From Hydrolagus colliei (Eukaryota): a DNA stretch of 64,000 nucleotides. The position numbers and the translations under genes are program-made. Location of the stretch: positions 13,888,001 to 13,952,000 of the forward strand of contig CM068750.1 of assembly GCA_035084275.1 (NCBI GenBank), read 5' to 3'. A model generated the notes under the pieces. It saw nothing but the letters and a program-made list of their open reading frames with translations, searched no databases and had not been told where the DNA came from. This document shows, one piece after another, positions 1 to 10,120 of the stretch. Within the stretch, counting starts at the first letter, position 1, and every line of letters begins with the position of its first letter.

Positions 1-479
1 TCTACGTCTGCCGACAAAAGGCAGCTTTTTTGGGATAATCAAATGAGACAGAAATACCATAGTCCAATAGGGCACAGATCATCTGGCCTCCCTTGTCTGC
101 GCTGGCTCCCTTAGGAGCATTTCTTTCAGTCCCATTTACCTGCGGTTACCTTATACTCCTTGTATAGATAGATGTAGAGCGACAGACTCACGTGGCTTAT
201 TATCCAACGCTGAATATTTACATGAATAATATGAATTAGACATTAACGTATAACGTATTTACCAAAAGCCACTTTCCTCTATGTGAATGTGGACATGCAT
301 TCCATTCGATGTATCAAAGGTTCCCTTTCTCACTGAACACATATTGATTGATGAGATGCAGGCTGCCACCCTCCCTCCCCTCCCCTCCTTTCATCTGTAA
401 GCGGTGATGCTGCCTGCCCCAAATCGACTGTTTGCATCACGTTCAAAGTGCGTAATATATATATATATTTGTGGGGGAA

Positions 480-2340
480 AAAGCCAAGTGCGTTAGCAAC
501 GCCTGGAAACGTCACGCTTTGCTCAAGCCCCAAACTACACGCGGGATGGTGAAGGGGGAGAAAGAAACATTGAAATATCAATTCTAGTCGAATGCTGCCA
601 GTGAACGATACACACACAGCTCCGCACTGGGGAGAGGGCGCGATGGAGGAGGGCGAGGACAGCGGCTGAGTGTTTGGCATTGGGAGGGAGGGGGTGGGGT
701 GGGGTGGTGTGGGGGTAGGAAGGCGTGTAAATTGACCTACTCTGATTTATATAGATCAGAATCAAGGATTATTATTAATTGATTGATTGATCGATCGGTA
801 GCTGTTGTCCACTTTGAACCGCCAGTGTGTGTGTGTGTTTTGTGGGGTGGAGGGGGGGGGGGAAAGAGAGGCGAATAAGCGAGATCAGAGGGATGAGTCC
901 TCTCCATTCCTCGGATGGATATTTCTACTGTTTTCCCCCTAACCGGCGGCGGCGGCTCCGGCAGTGAGCAGAGCGGCGGCCCGGGGCAGCCACAGGGAGA
1001 TGATGGAGGCGGCGGGTCCCGGCTGCAGGGCGCGGCGCTGGCCTCACAGGCTCTGGTGCTGCTGCTGATCTTCGTGCTGTCCAGTCTGGGCAACTCGGCG
1101 GTGATCGCCGTGATCGCCAAACACCGGCAGCTGCGGACGGTCACGAACGCTTTCATCGTGTCGCTGTCTCTCTCTGACCTGTTGGCCGCTCTCCTGTGTC
1201 TGCCGTTCGCCTTCCTCACCCTCTTCAGCGGCGGCGGCGACGCTCAGAGCGGGGGAGGAGGCGGCGGAGGCTCGTGGCCTTTCGGTGACCGGCTGTGTGT
1301 GGCCAACGGCTTCTTCAACTCCTGCTCCGGCATCGCCTCCGCCCTGACCATGGCCCTGATCAGCCTGGACCGTTACTGCGCCATCGCCAGGCGGCCCCGC
1401 GCTAAGATAGGCCGGCGTCTGGCCGCCCGGCTGCTGGCCGGGGTGTGGGTGGCCGCCGCCGCCTTCTCCAGCCCCTGGTACCTGCTGCTCCGGCCCCGGC
1501 TCCCGCCCCGGCCCCGCCCGCGGGGTTTCTATCACTGCACTCACCTCTTCCACTCGGCCTCGTCCCGCCTCGGCCTGTGGTACGGACTGACCCTGATGGG
1601 CCTGGGTTACCTGCTGCCCTTCGCCCTCATGTGCTTCTGTCACTACCACATCTGTCAAGCCGCCCGGCTGTCAGAGAGGCGGGTGCGGCCTCTCGCCGAC
1701 TCCCAGTCCCAGGCTCTGGCTCAGGCCCGGCCGCTGTCACCGCCTCCCCCGCCGCCGCCGAGATTACACGGCGAGACCCGAACCGCCACCACCGTCCTGG
1801 TCATGATCGTCTTGGCGATCTGCTGCCGCGGCCCTTACTGTGTGGCGGGGATCGTGGCGGCGGCGGCGTCTTCGTCGGTGGCCGAGGCTGAGCTGTCGGG
1901 AGGTGGCGGCGGCGGCGGCTCCTCGGCCTCCCCCTCACTGATGGACGCGGTGGCCGCCTGGATGGCCTGGGCCAACGGCGCCATCAACCCGCTGATCTAC
2001 GCCGCCAGGAACCCCGACATCTGCCTCCTGCTGGGCCGGGGCCGAGCCCGGGGGAGAGGCCGGGGCCGGGAGAGCGGCTACAGGACTAGGAACCTGGCGG
2101 CCTATTTGCCCGGGGAGGGGGTGGGTGACAGGCAGAGCCGCCGAGGGCAGGTCAGGACCGACCCCGGGCAGGACACGCACAAAGACCGATACCAGCCCGA
2201 CCCGGACCGGCCCGGCCCCGGGGACCTGGCTGTGTGGGCCTGCAGGAACCCCGCGCTGCTCTTCTGCCGAGACGGGCAACGGGACACGGTGTCCGAGCCG
2301 GGGACCACGGCCAAGTCTGACTCCGCGGACACCAGCCTGT
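480..2340. promoter_or_regulatory. CpG/GC-rich island over the GPR135 5' region and CDS
   Basis: Dense CpG and very high GC in 930-2340, moderate from about 480, against AT-rich flanks. Judged by eye. Confidence 0.55.
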
Positions 2341-2342
2341 AA
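915..2342 (+). CDS. GPR135: Orphan class A GPCR GPR135, single coding exon, 475 aa
   Basis: Intact ORF with 7TM motifs: TM1 SSLGN, KHRQLRTVTNAFIVSLSLSDLL, SLDRYCAI, YLLPFALMCFCHYHIC, RTATTVL, WANGAINPLIYA, and C-tail GYRTRN...WACRNPALLFCRDG...DTSL typical of GPR135. Convergent with DAAM1 as in human. Confidence 0.93.
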   Translation: MDISTVFPLTGGGGSGSEQSGGPGQPQGDDGGGGSRLQGAALASQALVLLLIFVLSSLGNSAVIAVIAKHRQLRTVTNAFIVSLSLSDLLAALLCLPFAFLTLFSGGGDAQSGGGGGGGSWPFGDRLCVANGFFNSCSGIASALTMALISLDRYCAIARRPRAKIGRRLAARLLAGVWVAAAAFSSPWYLLLRPRLPPRPRPRGFYHCTHLFHSASSRLGLWYGLTLMGLGYLLPFALMCFCHYHICQAARLSERRVRPLADSQSQALAQARPLSPPPPPPPRLHGETRTATTVLVMIVLAICCRGPYCVAGIVAAAASSSVAEAELSGGGGGGGSSASPSLMDAVAAWMAWANGAINPLIYAARNPDICLLLGRGRARGRGRGRESGYRTRNLAAYLPGEGVGDRQSRRGQVRTDPGQDTHKDRYQPDPDRPGPGDLAVWACRNPALLFCRDGQRDTVSEPGTTAKSDSADTSL

Positions 2343-2362
2343 ACCTGAGCAGCTTAGATCAT

Positions 2363-2470
2363 TACACACACACACAGATATACACACACATAGATACACA
2401 CACACACACATAGATACACACAGATATACATACACACATACAGGGATACACACAGATACACATATACAGT
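2363..2470 (+). repeat. Compound (CA)n/(CAGATA)-type microsatellite right after the GPR135 stop
   Basis: acacacacacacagatatacacacacatagatacacacac... Confidence 0.9.
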
Positions 2471-4386
2471 CTGTATAAGGTGATAGCGTTTAGTAACATG
2501 CAGTCTAGTCGGTCTAGGGTTATTACTGTATTTTGTATTGCAACACACACACATAGACAGACGGTGTGATTTAGAGTGACTGTATTTTGTAACAGACACA
2601 CACACACATTCTTGTCTGGGTGACTATTTTTCAACACACATAAATAGGATGATCCTATTTTGTAAACCAAACCCGAAGATACACACGCACACACACATTA
2701 TATATGCTGTATACTGTATGTATATATATATATATATATAGATTATATCTATTTAAAAAAATTGAACGCGCCACAATCCCTGATGTTGCAGGGTTTAATG
2801 GCTGTATTCTCTCTGGTGAGTATCTGTTTTAGAATTATTACTGTTCTCGCTCAGTTTGTTGCTGAACTCAAGACGGGGGCAATCCCAGGGACATCAAACT
2901 CCAAACAAGACAGAGATGGGGGACATATGCACACACACACACACTCAGAGAAAAGAAAGAAAATGTGAGATTCTTCTACAAAAATGCAAGTTTTTTATTC
3001 TTTTGCACGGCGTACATACAGCGACGGTCGCGGGATGGTACCGCAGTGCGATGTAGTGAAGCGCCTTGAGACGTGTGGAACGCGTGTAAAACGCTGTGTC
3101 CAACGCAAGGATTATCAGGTACAGTCACTTGGGAGTCTCCAGTGACGTCACTCTGAACCGTGCGTTATCCGCGTTGAAGCGAGAACTTCAGCCACACACG
3201 GAGCCTGTGCGAACCAAGCGTTCCCTGGGGAAAAAAATAGTGTTGGGATCACTTTAGAGTTTGCATATATACACGCACTGCTGTGCGCAATTCGGCTGCC
3301 GCGTTTCGCCCACAAATATACAGTCAATTTTCCTAGTCATCATCCTGCCCCGACCTTTCCCTCACCCTGCTCTTGTCCCTACCTAACTATACAGCGCCTT
3401 GGGATGTCCTCTCGCCGTGAAAGGCGCTATGTAAATGTAAGTTATGATTGATGCGGTACTGATGCAAGACCGCATTGTAGCTACACTTAGGAAGATTCAT
3501 CAGTGCCAGGCGTGTGTGTGTGTGTGTGTCAGCTCGGCTCAGTTGGTAGCACTCTCGCATCCGAGTCAGAAATAATGCCAGTAATAATTGGTCATTGACT
3601 TCACAGTTGTTTGTGGGGGACATTGCTGTGGACAAATTGGCTGATGCGTTTGCCTACGGAATCACACAGTCGGCCCATATTACAGTAAATTCCTGTGAAG
3701 CGATGTCCTCCTGACGTGAAAGGTGCCATATCAAGTGCCAGGATTACAAGATGAGCGCAGTTAGCAATAGAGTGTCATTAGAAACAAGATTGGAGAGTAT
3801 TAATTGACTTTACCTTCCAGTATCGGGAGCCAGGCGATCTGACACAGCAGAACTTCGAGGGGAAAGTTGATGGCAGAATGCAGGACAGACAGTATTTACT
3901 TTCACTCAGACGCTGGGAAAAGTTTCAGCATGGGAGGTGGCCTTTTATTGTTGGTGAGATAGAGGAGAAAAATGATAATGATCACCATCATCCCCTTTAT
4001 ATGCCGCCTTGTAGGCCCACACTAAGTGTAACCAGACTAATCCCTAAATAACACCAGGATGCTATTGAAAGCTTGAAGTATCAAAGCTTTGGAGTGTGCA
4101 GACTGCCTTTCTGTAATTTGGGTAAAAGGAGAACACTTTAGCATCACATTAGCTGAATCTACATGCTTCGATTTTCAAATCTGTTCATGTTTGTGATGAA
4201 GTGAATGTACTGTATATAGATATTTCGTAAGCAAAATAAGACATAAAATGATTTGTATTTTGCTTGTCCCTTAAATGTTCCTTTTTATCTCGTGCAAAAC
4301 AGTGCAAATGTATTCAGTACCAAAACCTCCATGTTTGTATATACAGTATGTGTACATGTGTGTTATACAGTAGTATGTTATGTTTT

Positions 4387-4392
4387 TATTAA
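4387..4392 (+). terminator. Candidate GPR135 polyadenylation signal (ATTAAA)
   Basis: ATTAAA at the end of an AU-rich stretch with TGTATATA motifs at about 4211 and 4337. Confidence 0.3.
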
Positions 4393-4967
4393 AATTTAAT
4401 TTATGAAATATTCACATGGATTTGAAACAAGTATCTTCAATGGCGCATTGACATTGCAAAGTTGGTGAATACCACTAAGAAGAAGTGGACTTACTTGGAC
4501 TGTAATGCTGTGTGAAAATTAGATGTCGTGTTTGCCTGAAAGCACAGTCATTACACTTTGCTGTAAAATCCTGTGAAGTGATCGGAGATGTCCCCCAAAT
4601 GTGAAACACAAGGATTAGAACTTGCTTCATCGTCCTGTAGCCTGCACCATTCATTTTTAAATAGAATTTAATAACAACCTTGGGCTGAATCACACCATGC
4701 AAAAAGCCAGACTGGTATTTAACTCTGACCCAGCAGTAAACCTCCCACTGCTTTGAGAAAGATCAAGCTATAAGATCAGACACCTCCCCACAGAGCGAGG
4801 AGGCAGAGGCAGAGTTCATGCTGGCCCTTCTCGCTCACCTCCCAATAACAAGAATATACTGAGAGCATTAAAGGCTTGGGAGAAAAAATTGTTGCAGTTT
4901 CACTTGGATTGTAGTCTATCCTGAAAACCAGAGACCGAGGAGAAAATTCATACCCTCACCAAATACC

Positions 4968-5300
4968 AATAATCCTTGCATTTGATATAGCGCTTTCCAC
5001 ATCTTATCAACGTCCCAAAGCGCTTCACAGAATATACTGTAAAGTGAATTGACTGTATATATTTGTGGGCGAATCGCGGCAGCCATATGCGCACAGCAGT
5101 GTCCCACACACAGTCATGGATTGAAATGACCAATTTTATTATTGTGGTTTTTTTGGAGGGATTATTATTAGGCGTGTGGAGTAAGGAAACTTGCCCAAGG
5201 TTTCGCCCTGACCTGCCTGGATTCGAACACAGATCTCCCCAGCTTGGTCTCCCCAGCTTGCAAGACAAGTGCTCTAACCACTGAGCCACAGGAGCTCCAC
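4968..5300 (-). mobile_element. Full-length tRNA-headed SINE with Deu-like 3' part and L2-type tail
   Basis: Reverse complement of the 6564-6884 family: GTGGCTCAGTGG A-box head, TGTGGGACACTGCTGTGCGC core, GCGCTATATCAAATGCAAGGATTATT tail. Confidence 0.85.
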
Positions 5301-5449
5301 TCCAAGAGAATAATTCAACACTATGCCAGTCTATGCAACCTGGAATTTCAATTTAAACCATGCAATGAATTGAGCATCCATTCATAGTCCCCTCTGCCCG
5401 AAAATCATTTGACTGACAGTTACACAAATATTGACACTGGAATCTTGTA

Positions 5450-5992
5450 TCAGCCTGGCTCAGAAGCACTTCTCGTCTCTCGCCGAGTCAAAAGGTTGTG
5501 AGTTACGAGCCCCACATCGGGATTCTGAGCTCACACAGTCTAGGCTGACACTTCAATGCAGTCCTGAGTGAGCGCTGCATTGTCAGAGGTGTCGTGCTGC
5601 AGATGAGATGTTAAACCAAAGGTCCTGTTCGGATAGTTTTTACAGATCTCATGGCACTATTTGAAAAGGGAACGGAATTTCTCTGGGTGTCTTGGCCAAC
5701 AATCCCCCCAGATAAATGTTTCCTCACTCCACACACCTGTTTACCTAGCAGCAAGTAGCAGCCCAGCTGTTAGCTGATTGCTTTTCCAAGGGTAATAATC
5801 TCTTCCAAAAACTAATAGTAATTTGACCATTCAGTCCAGAACTGTTGGTGAGACACTGGCAATTTGCTACCTCGTTTCACCCACAAAATATAGTCAATTC
5901 CCTTTTAGTACTGTATACGCTGTGAAGCACTTTGAGACATCTAATGATATGACAAAGTGCTGTATCAAATGCAAGGATTATTATTACTATTA
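5450..5992 (+). mobile_element. Old long DeuSINE (SacSINE1/AmnSINE-like), possibly chimeric with the shorter family
   Basis: CTAGGCTGACACTTCAATGCAGTCCTGAG..GCTGCATTGTCAGAGGTG..GATGAGATGTTAAACC resembles the Deu domain. Ends in the shared ATCAAATGCAAGGATTATT tail. Confidence 0.65.
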
Positions 5993-6563
5993 TAATGGAA
6001 CAGAGGGGTGTAGGATTAAGGAGTTGGAGGTGGGGAAGGGGGTTGTTTGGGAGGAGTATAAACACTAGCAAGGACAAGTTGGACTGATTGCCTTGTTTCT
6101 TGAGCTATGATATTCTATGTACTAATAATTCTATTGCAATTTGTGCAGAAAGGTTGATCAGCTTAGTTTCTTAACATTGCTGCATTGGATATTCATCAGG
6201 TACAATAATATTGAAAACACCAAAACCTGGATAGAGCTGGCACTGTAAACAACCAACTCCACAGTGGCATAACTTCCAAGTTTTCAAAAAAAAATCAATC
6301 ATGGATCAGTTTTCTAACAGAATCGTGGATCAAATACAGCAACTGAAGGAGCCTTCCAGTAAATTGTGTTTATCTTGGTGTGAGTTATATATAAATATAT
6401 ATATGACCATGAGTAGGTCATTCAGCCCCTCAAGCCTGTTCCACCATTCTCTTAGATCATGGCAGACCTGAACCCCAACTCCAATCTATCAAGTTCCTTG
6501 ACTAGAGCTTTCTACTCTAATCCCATTCACCCGTTCTTTCCTCCATACCCTTTAATATTATCA

Positions 6564-6884
6564 GGAGTCCTGTAGCTCAGTGGTTGGAGCACTCGCCTTA
6601 CAAGCGTGAGACCTGTGTTTCGAATCCAGTCAGGTCAGGGCGAAACATTAGGCAAGTTTCCTTACTCCACATGCCTAATAATAATCGTCTTAAAAAAAAA
6701 CCACGATAATAAAATTGGTCATTTCAACACACGACTGTTTGTGGGACACTGCTGTGCGCAATTGGCTGCCACATTTCGCCAACAAATATACAGTCAATTC
6801 ACTTTACAGTATATGCTGTGGAGCACTTTGAGACGTCTAGAAGACGTGAAAAACGCTATATCAAATGCAAGGATAATTATTATC
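6564..6884 (+). mobile_element. Full-length tRNA-headed SINE
   Basis: GGAGTCCTGTAGCTCAGTGGTTGGAGCACTCGCC (A box)...TTCGAATCC (B box-like)...L2-like tail ending (ATT)n. Confidence 0.88.
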
Positions 6885-7855
6885 ATTTTCCCTCCAATAT
6901 TTATCCAACGCCCTTTTAAATGCTGTCAACACTCTTTGTGACCTTTGCTCTGAAGTTTCACATGAAATGCAACAGGATTTCTTTGTAGCTGCAAAAGATT
7001 TTGATTTGAGTTACTTTGATCAGGATTTTCGGGCGGTTGGTGTGGTGTCAGTCTGCGCTCGGGCCGTCCCACCGTTACAGAGGGAACGAATGGTTTGCTT
7101 TTCATGGGGGTTTGTCTTGGGCTGAACAAGGTTCTCTTGCAACTCATTTTGCTTTGGTATTTATCCCGGTGTTAAGCTACATGATGAGGTTGCTCTGTGA
7201 TCTGTGTGTGTGTGTGTGTGTGTAGCCTGGGGAGATAGAGAAGCAAAGGAGGTCTTATTGTTCCTCCTGTGAATTGTATGTGCAGTTTGTGGTCTTCACC
7301 ACAGGGTGGCGCTATTGTGCCAGATTGTCCCTTTCAAAGTGCAATTTTTGCTGGAAATGTAGCAGATCAAACAGGTTTTAAAAGAGGAGGATGGATTTCG
7401 GTTAACGTTTCAACAGCCCCCCTCACCACCAAACCCAGAGAGGGGCAAGAAGCCGGAGGAAAATGTAAGAGAAGCAAAAGTGATAGAGCAAAGCAAAATA
7501 CAGTCAATTCCCGTTGCAGTATATTCTGTGAAGCGCTTTGAGACATCTCAAAGACATGATAAGGCGCTGTATCATAATGGCAAGGATTATTATTCATCAC
7601 TATTAGGAATAATATACAATAATAAACCTTGCCTTTGACCTCGCACCTTATCCCCTCGTTGAGACACCTCAATGCGTTTCACACAATACACTGTAAAGTG
7701 GATTGACTATATATTTTGTGGCGGAAAGTGCCAGCCAATTGTGCATGGCCGTGTCCCACAAACAGACATGGATTGAGTTACTACCTTTACCCCCCGAGAA
7801 AGCCATCTGCCAATCGACTAACAATCGGGTTCCCAAGGTATGAGAACATAATAGT

Positions 7856-8180
7856 AATAATAATAATTCTTGCATTTGATATAGCGCTCTTCACATCTTA
7901 TCAACATCCCAAAGCGCTTCACAGAATATACTGTAAAGTGAATTGACTGGATATTTGTGGGCAAAATGCGGCAGCCAATTGCGCACAGCAGTGTCCCATG
8001 AACAGTCATGGATTGCAATGACCAATTTTATTATTGTGGGGTTTTTTTTGGGACGGATTATTTTTAGGAGTGTGAAGTAAGGAAACTTGCCCAAGGTTTC
8101 GCCCTGACCTGCCAGGATTCGAACACAGGTCTCACATTTGTAAGGCAAGTGCTCCAACCACTGTGCTACAGGAGCTCCAC
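7856..8180 (-). mobile_element. Full-length tRNA-headed SINE
   Basis: Very similar to the 4968-5300 copy. Ends GGAGCTCCAC on the + strand. Confidence 0.88.
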
Positions 8181-9899
8181 CTGGATACACCTGAGAGCAT
8201 CAGTGGAATTCTCCATCTCATTCTGTGAAACCGTTGAATAGCAACAATCCTTGCATTAGCTACAGCACCTGATCACATGAAAGTCTCAACGCACCTCACA
8301 GACCTTTTCGGTAATTTTCGAGGTGATTGCAATGCAGCCAATGTGTGTATACACCAATGTCTCGCAAGTGACTAGGAAGTGAATGACCCAATTTTCCAGC
8401 TGGAGAACTGTTGGCCGGGAAGAAACTGGAAGACTTTGAATACAGTCCGTGGGATCCTTAACATCCACCTAATCAGATAACTGAGCGAAATCTCTCTCCT
8501 TCAGACTTTAGGTAGGAGGAGGGTAGACAGTATTCCTCCCCACGGGCTAATTAGGGAATGGAATGTGTTTAGGAATACTACAATTTTGACCCCGCTGCCG
8601 AAAACCACATCCAAAAAGGACAGTGGGGGTAATTTGCTTGTCTTGTGTCTCAATGTATATTTTAGAAGCTTTCAAAGCTATAATGAGAAGCACCCCACCC
8701 CGTGGTCATTAGGGTGAGTCACAATTCTATATTAAAGATCAATCACTGTTTGAAATGCTCGTTTTGCTCGTCTCTGCTGTCTCGGGGCTCCAAAAAACAG
8801 CTTGTGAACAGCTGGGCAGACAGGCTGGTTAGTGGCAGGAACAGTGAGCAAGGATGCGCACACACAGTCTGCGGGTATAGTGGCTACATCGGGTTCAGCT
8901 GAGGGAAGCCTGTGTCGATGACGCTGCGCGATCGAAGTTGAAAAAAAATAATAATAATAACAACCACCTATCTCAAAGCACTTCATACAGCCGACTGAGA
9001 ACCGAATCTGCTGGAGGCCAGAGGAATGGTGACTGAAAAAGTGGTTGAAAAGATAGGTGAAGGCGGGTTTTAGAGCTAGGGGAGTGGGGGAGGCGGAGGA
9101 GGAGGGAGGGAGGGCCGAGGCAGAGGGTGGGATGAGGTGGAGGGAGGGGTTGAGTGAGGAGGTTTGCTGAGCAGAGGGAATGGCTGAAACACTATGAATT
9201 GGGGAATCAAACACAAGGAGCCAGGATTTTCAGATTGACTTTTTCACATTAAAAAGCAGTGTTCTCTCTTCAAATCCCGCGTTACAAGCTAAAAATGTAA
9301 TCTTCGTTAAATCCTTCTGAACTCAAGTCAATCAAATCAAACCCAAGAATAGAGAAACGTCAATCTTGCAAGGGCATTGATGTGTGAATCATCTCTCTCT
9401 CTCTCTCTCTCTCTCAAGGCACTTTAAAAATCCAGGCTTGGTACAGAGGACAATTTTGAATACGTGCACCCATCATCAGAAACAGTAGCGATAACAGTGC
9501 CACAGCGATAAACAGGAGGGTTGGGTCTTGTGTGGAGTTTAAACACCACTGCAAACTTGATTTGTCACATCACTCAATGTAAATCTACAATAATCCTTGC
9601 ATTCGATATACAGCCTCATCATGTAATTGAGATGTCTCAAAGCACTTCACCGCACCACTGTAAAGTGGATTGACTGTGAATTTTTTGTGGACCAAAACAT
9701 GTAATTCTGAGAGCAAGTGATCATACTGAAGAGTTTTGCTCCATTTCCAAAAACAAAAGTGTGTTTGGTTAAATGGCCCTGAGCAGTGTGTTAAAACTTT
9801 ACATCATTTAAATCTTTGACTGTCAGGTGAAACATTCGGTGCAAAACAGCATCAGAAAAACAGACCTTAAGGTCATTACTGGATAAAACAATACAATCT

Positions 9900-10120
9900 A
9901 CAGGGTATCCACAAAATCCTCTTCGCCTCTTATTATGAACCAGCGATATGACACTACAGAGGAGCTGAAACAAGCTGTGAAAGATGCACGTTTACCTCCT
10001 CACTCCGTCTGTGTTATGGAAGATATCAAGGCCGAACATGGCTACGGGTCATTATCTGCCAAGAAAACGATGGTGCTCAAATCCTCTGTACGTCTGAATA
10101 CAACAACACTTGTATAACAC
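9900..10120 (+). mobile_element. Decayed Tc1/mariner-superfamily transposase C-terminal fragment
   Basis: Frameshifted reading TTEELKQAVKDA / FTS / RTWLRVIICQENDGAQ resembles the C-terminal helix of Tc1/mariner (maT-like) transposases. TA-CAGGGTATCC at about 9899 resembles a TIR start. Confidence 0.45.

Noticed and set aside
737-2453. Long antisense and alternate-frame ORFs over GPR135 (160, 204, 172, 148 aa)
   Set aside because: Expected by-product of extreme GC content and stop-codon scarcity. No recognisable protein features.
6564-6640. tRNA-like sequence with A and B boxes (also at other SINE heads)
   Set aside because: These are SINE heads. There is no complete cloverleaf and they continue into the SINE body.
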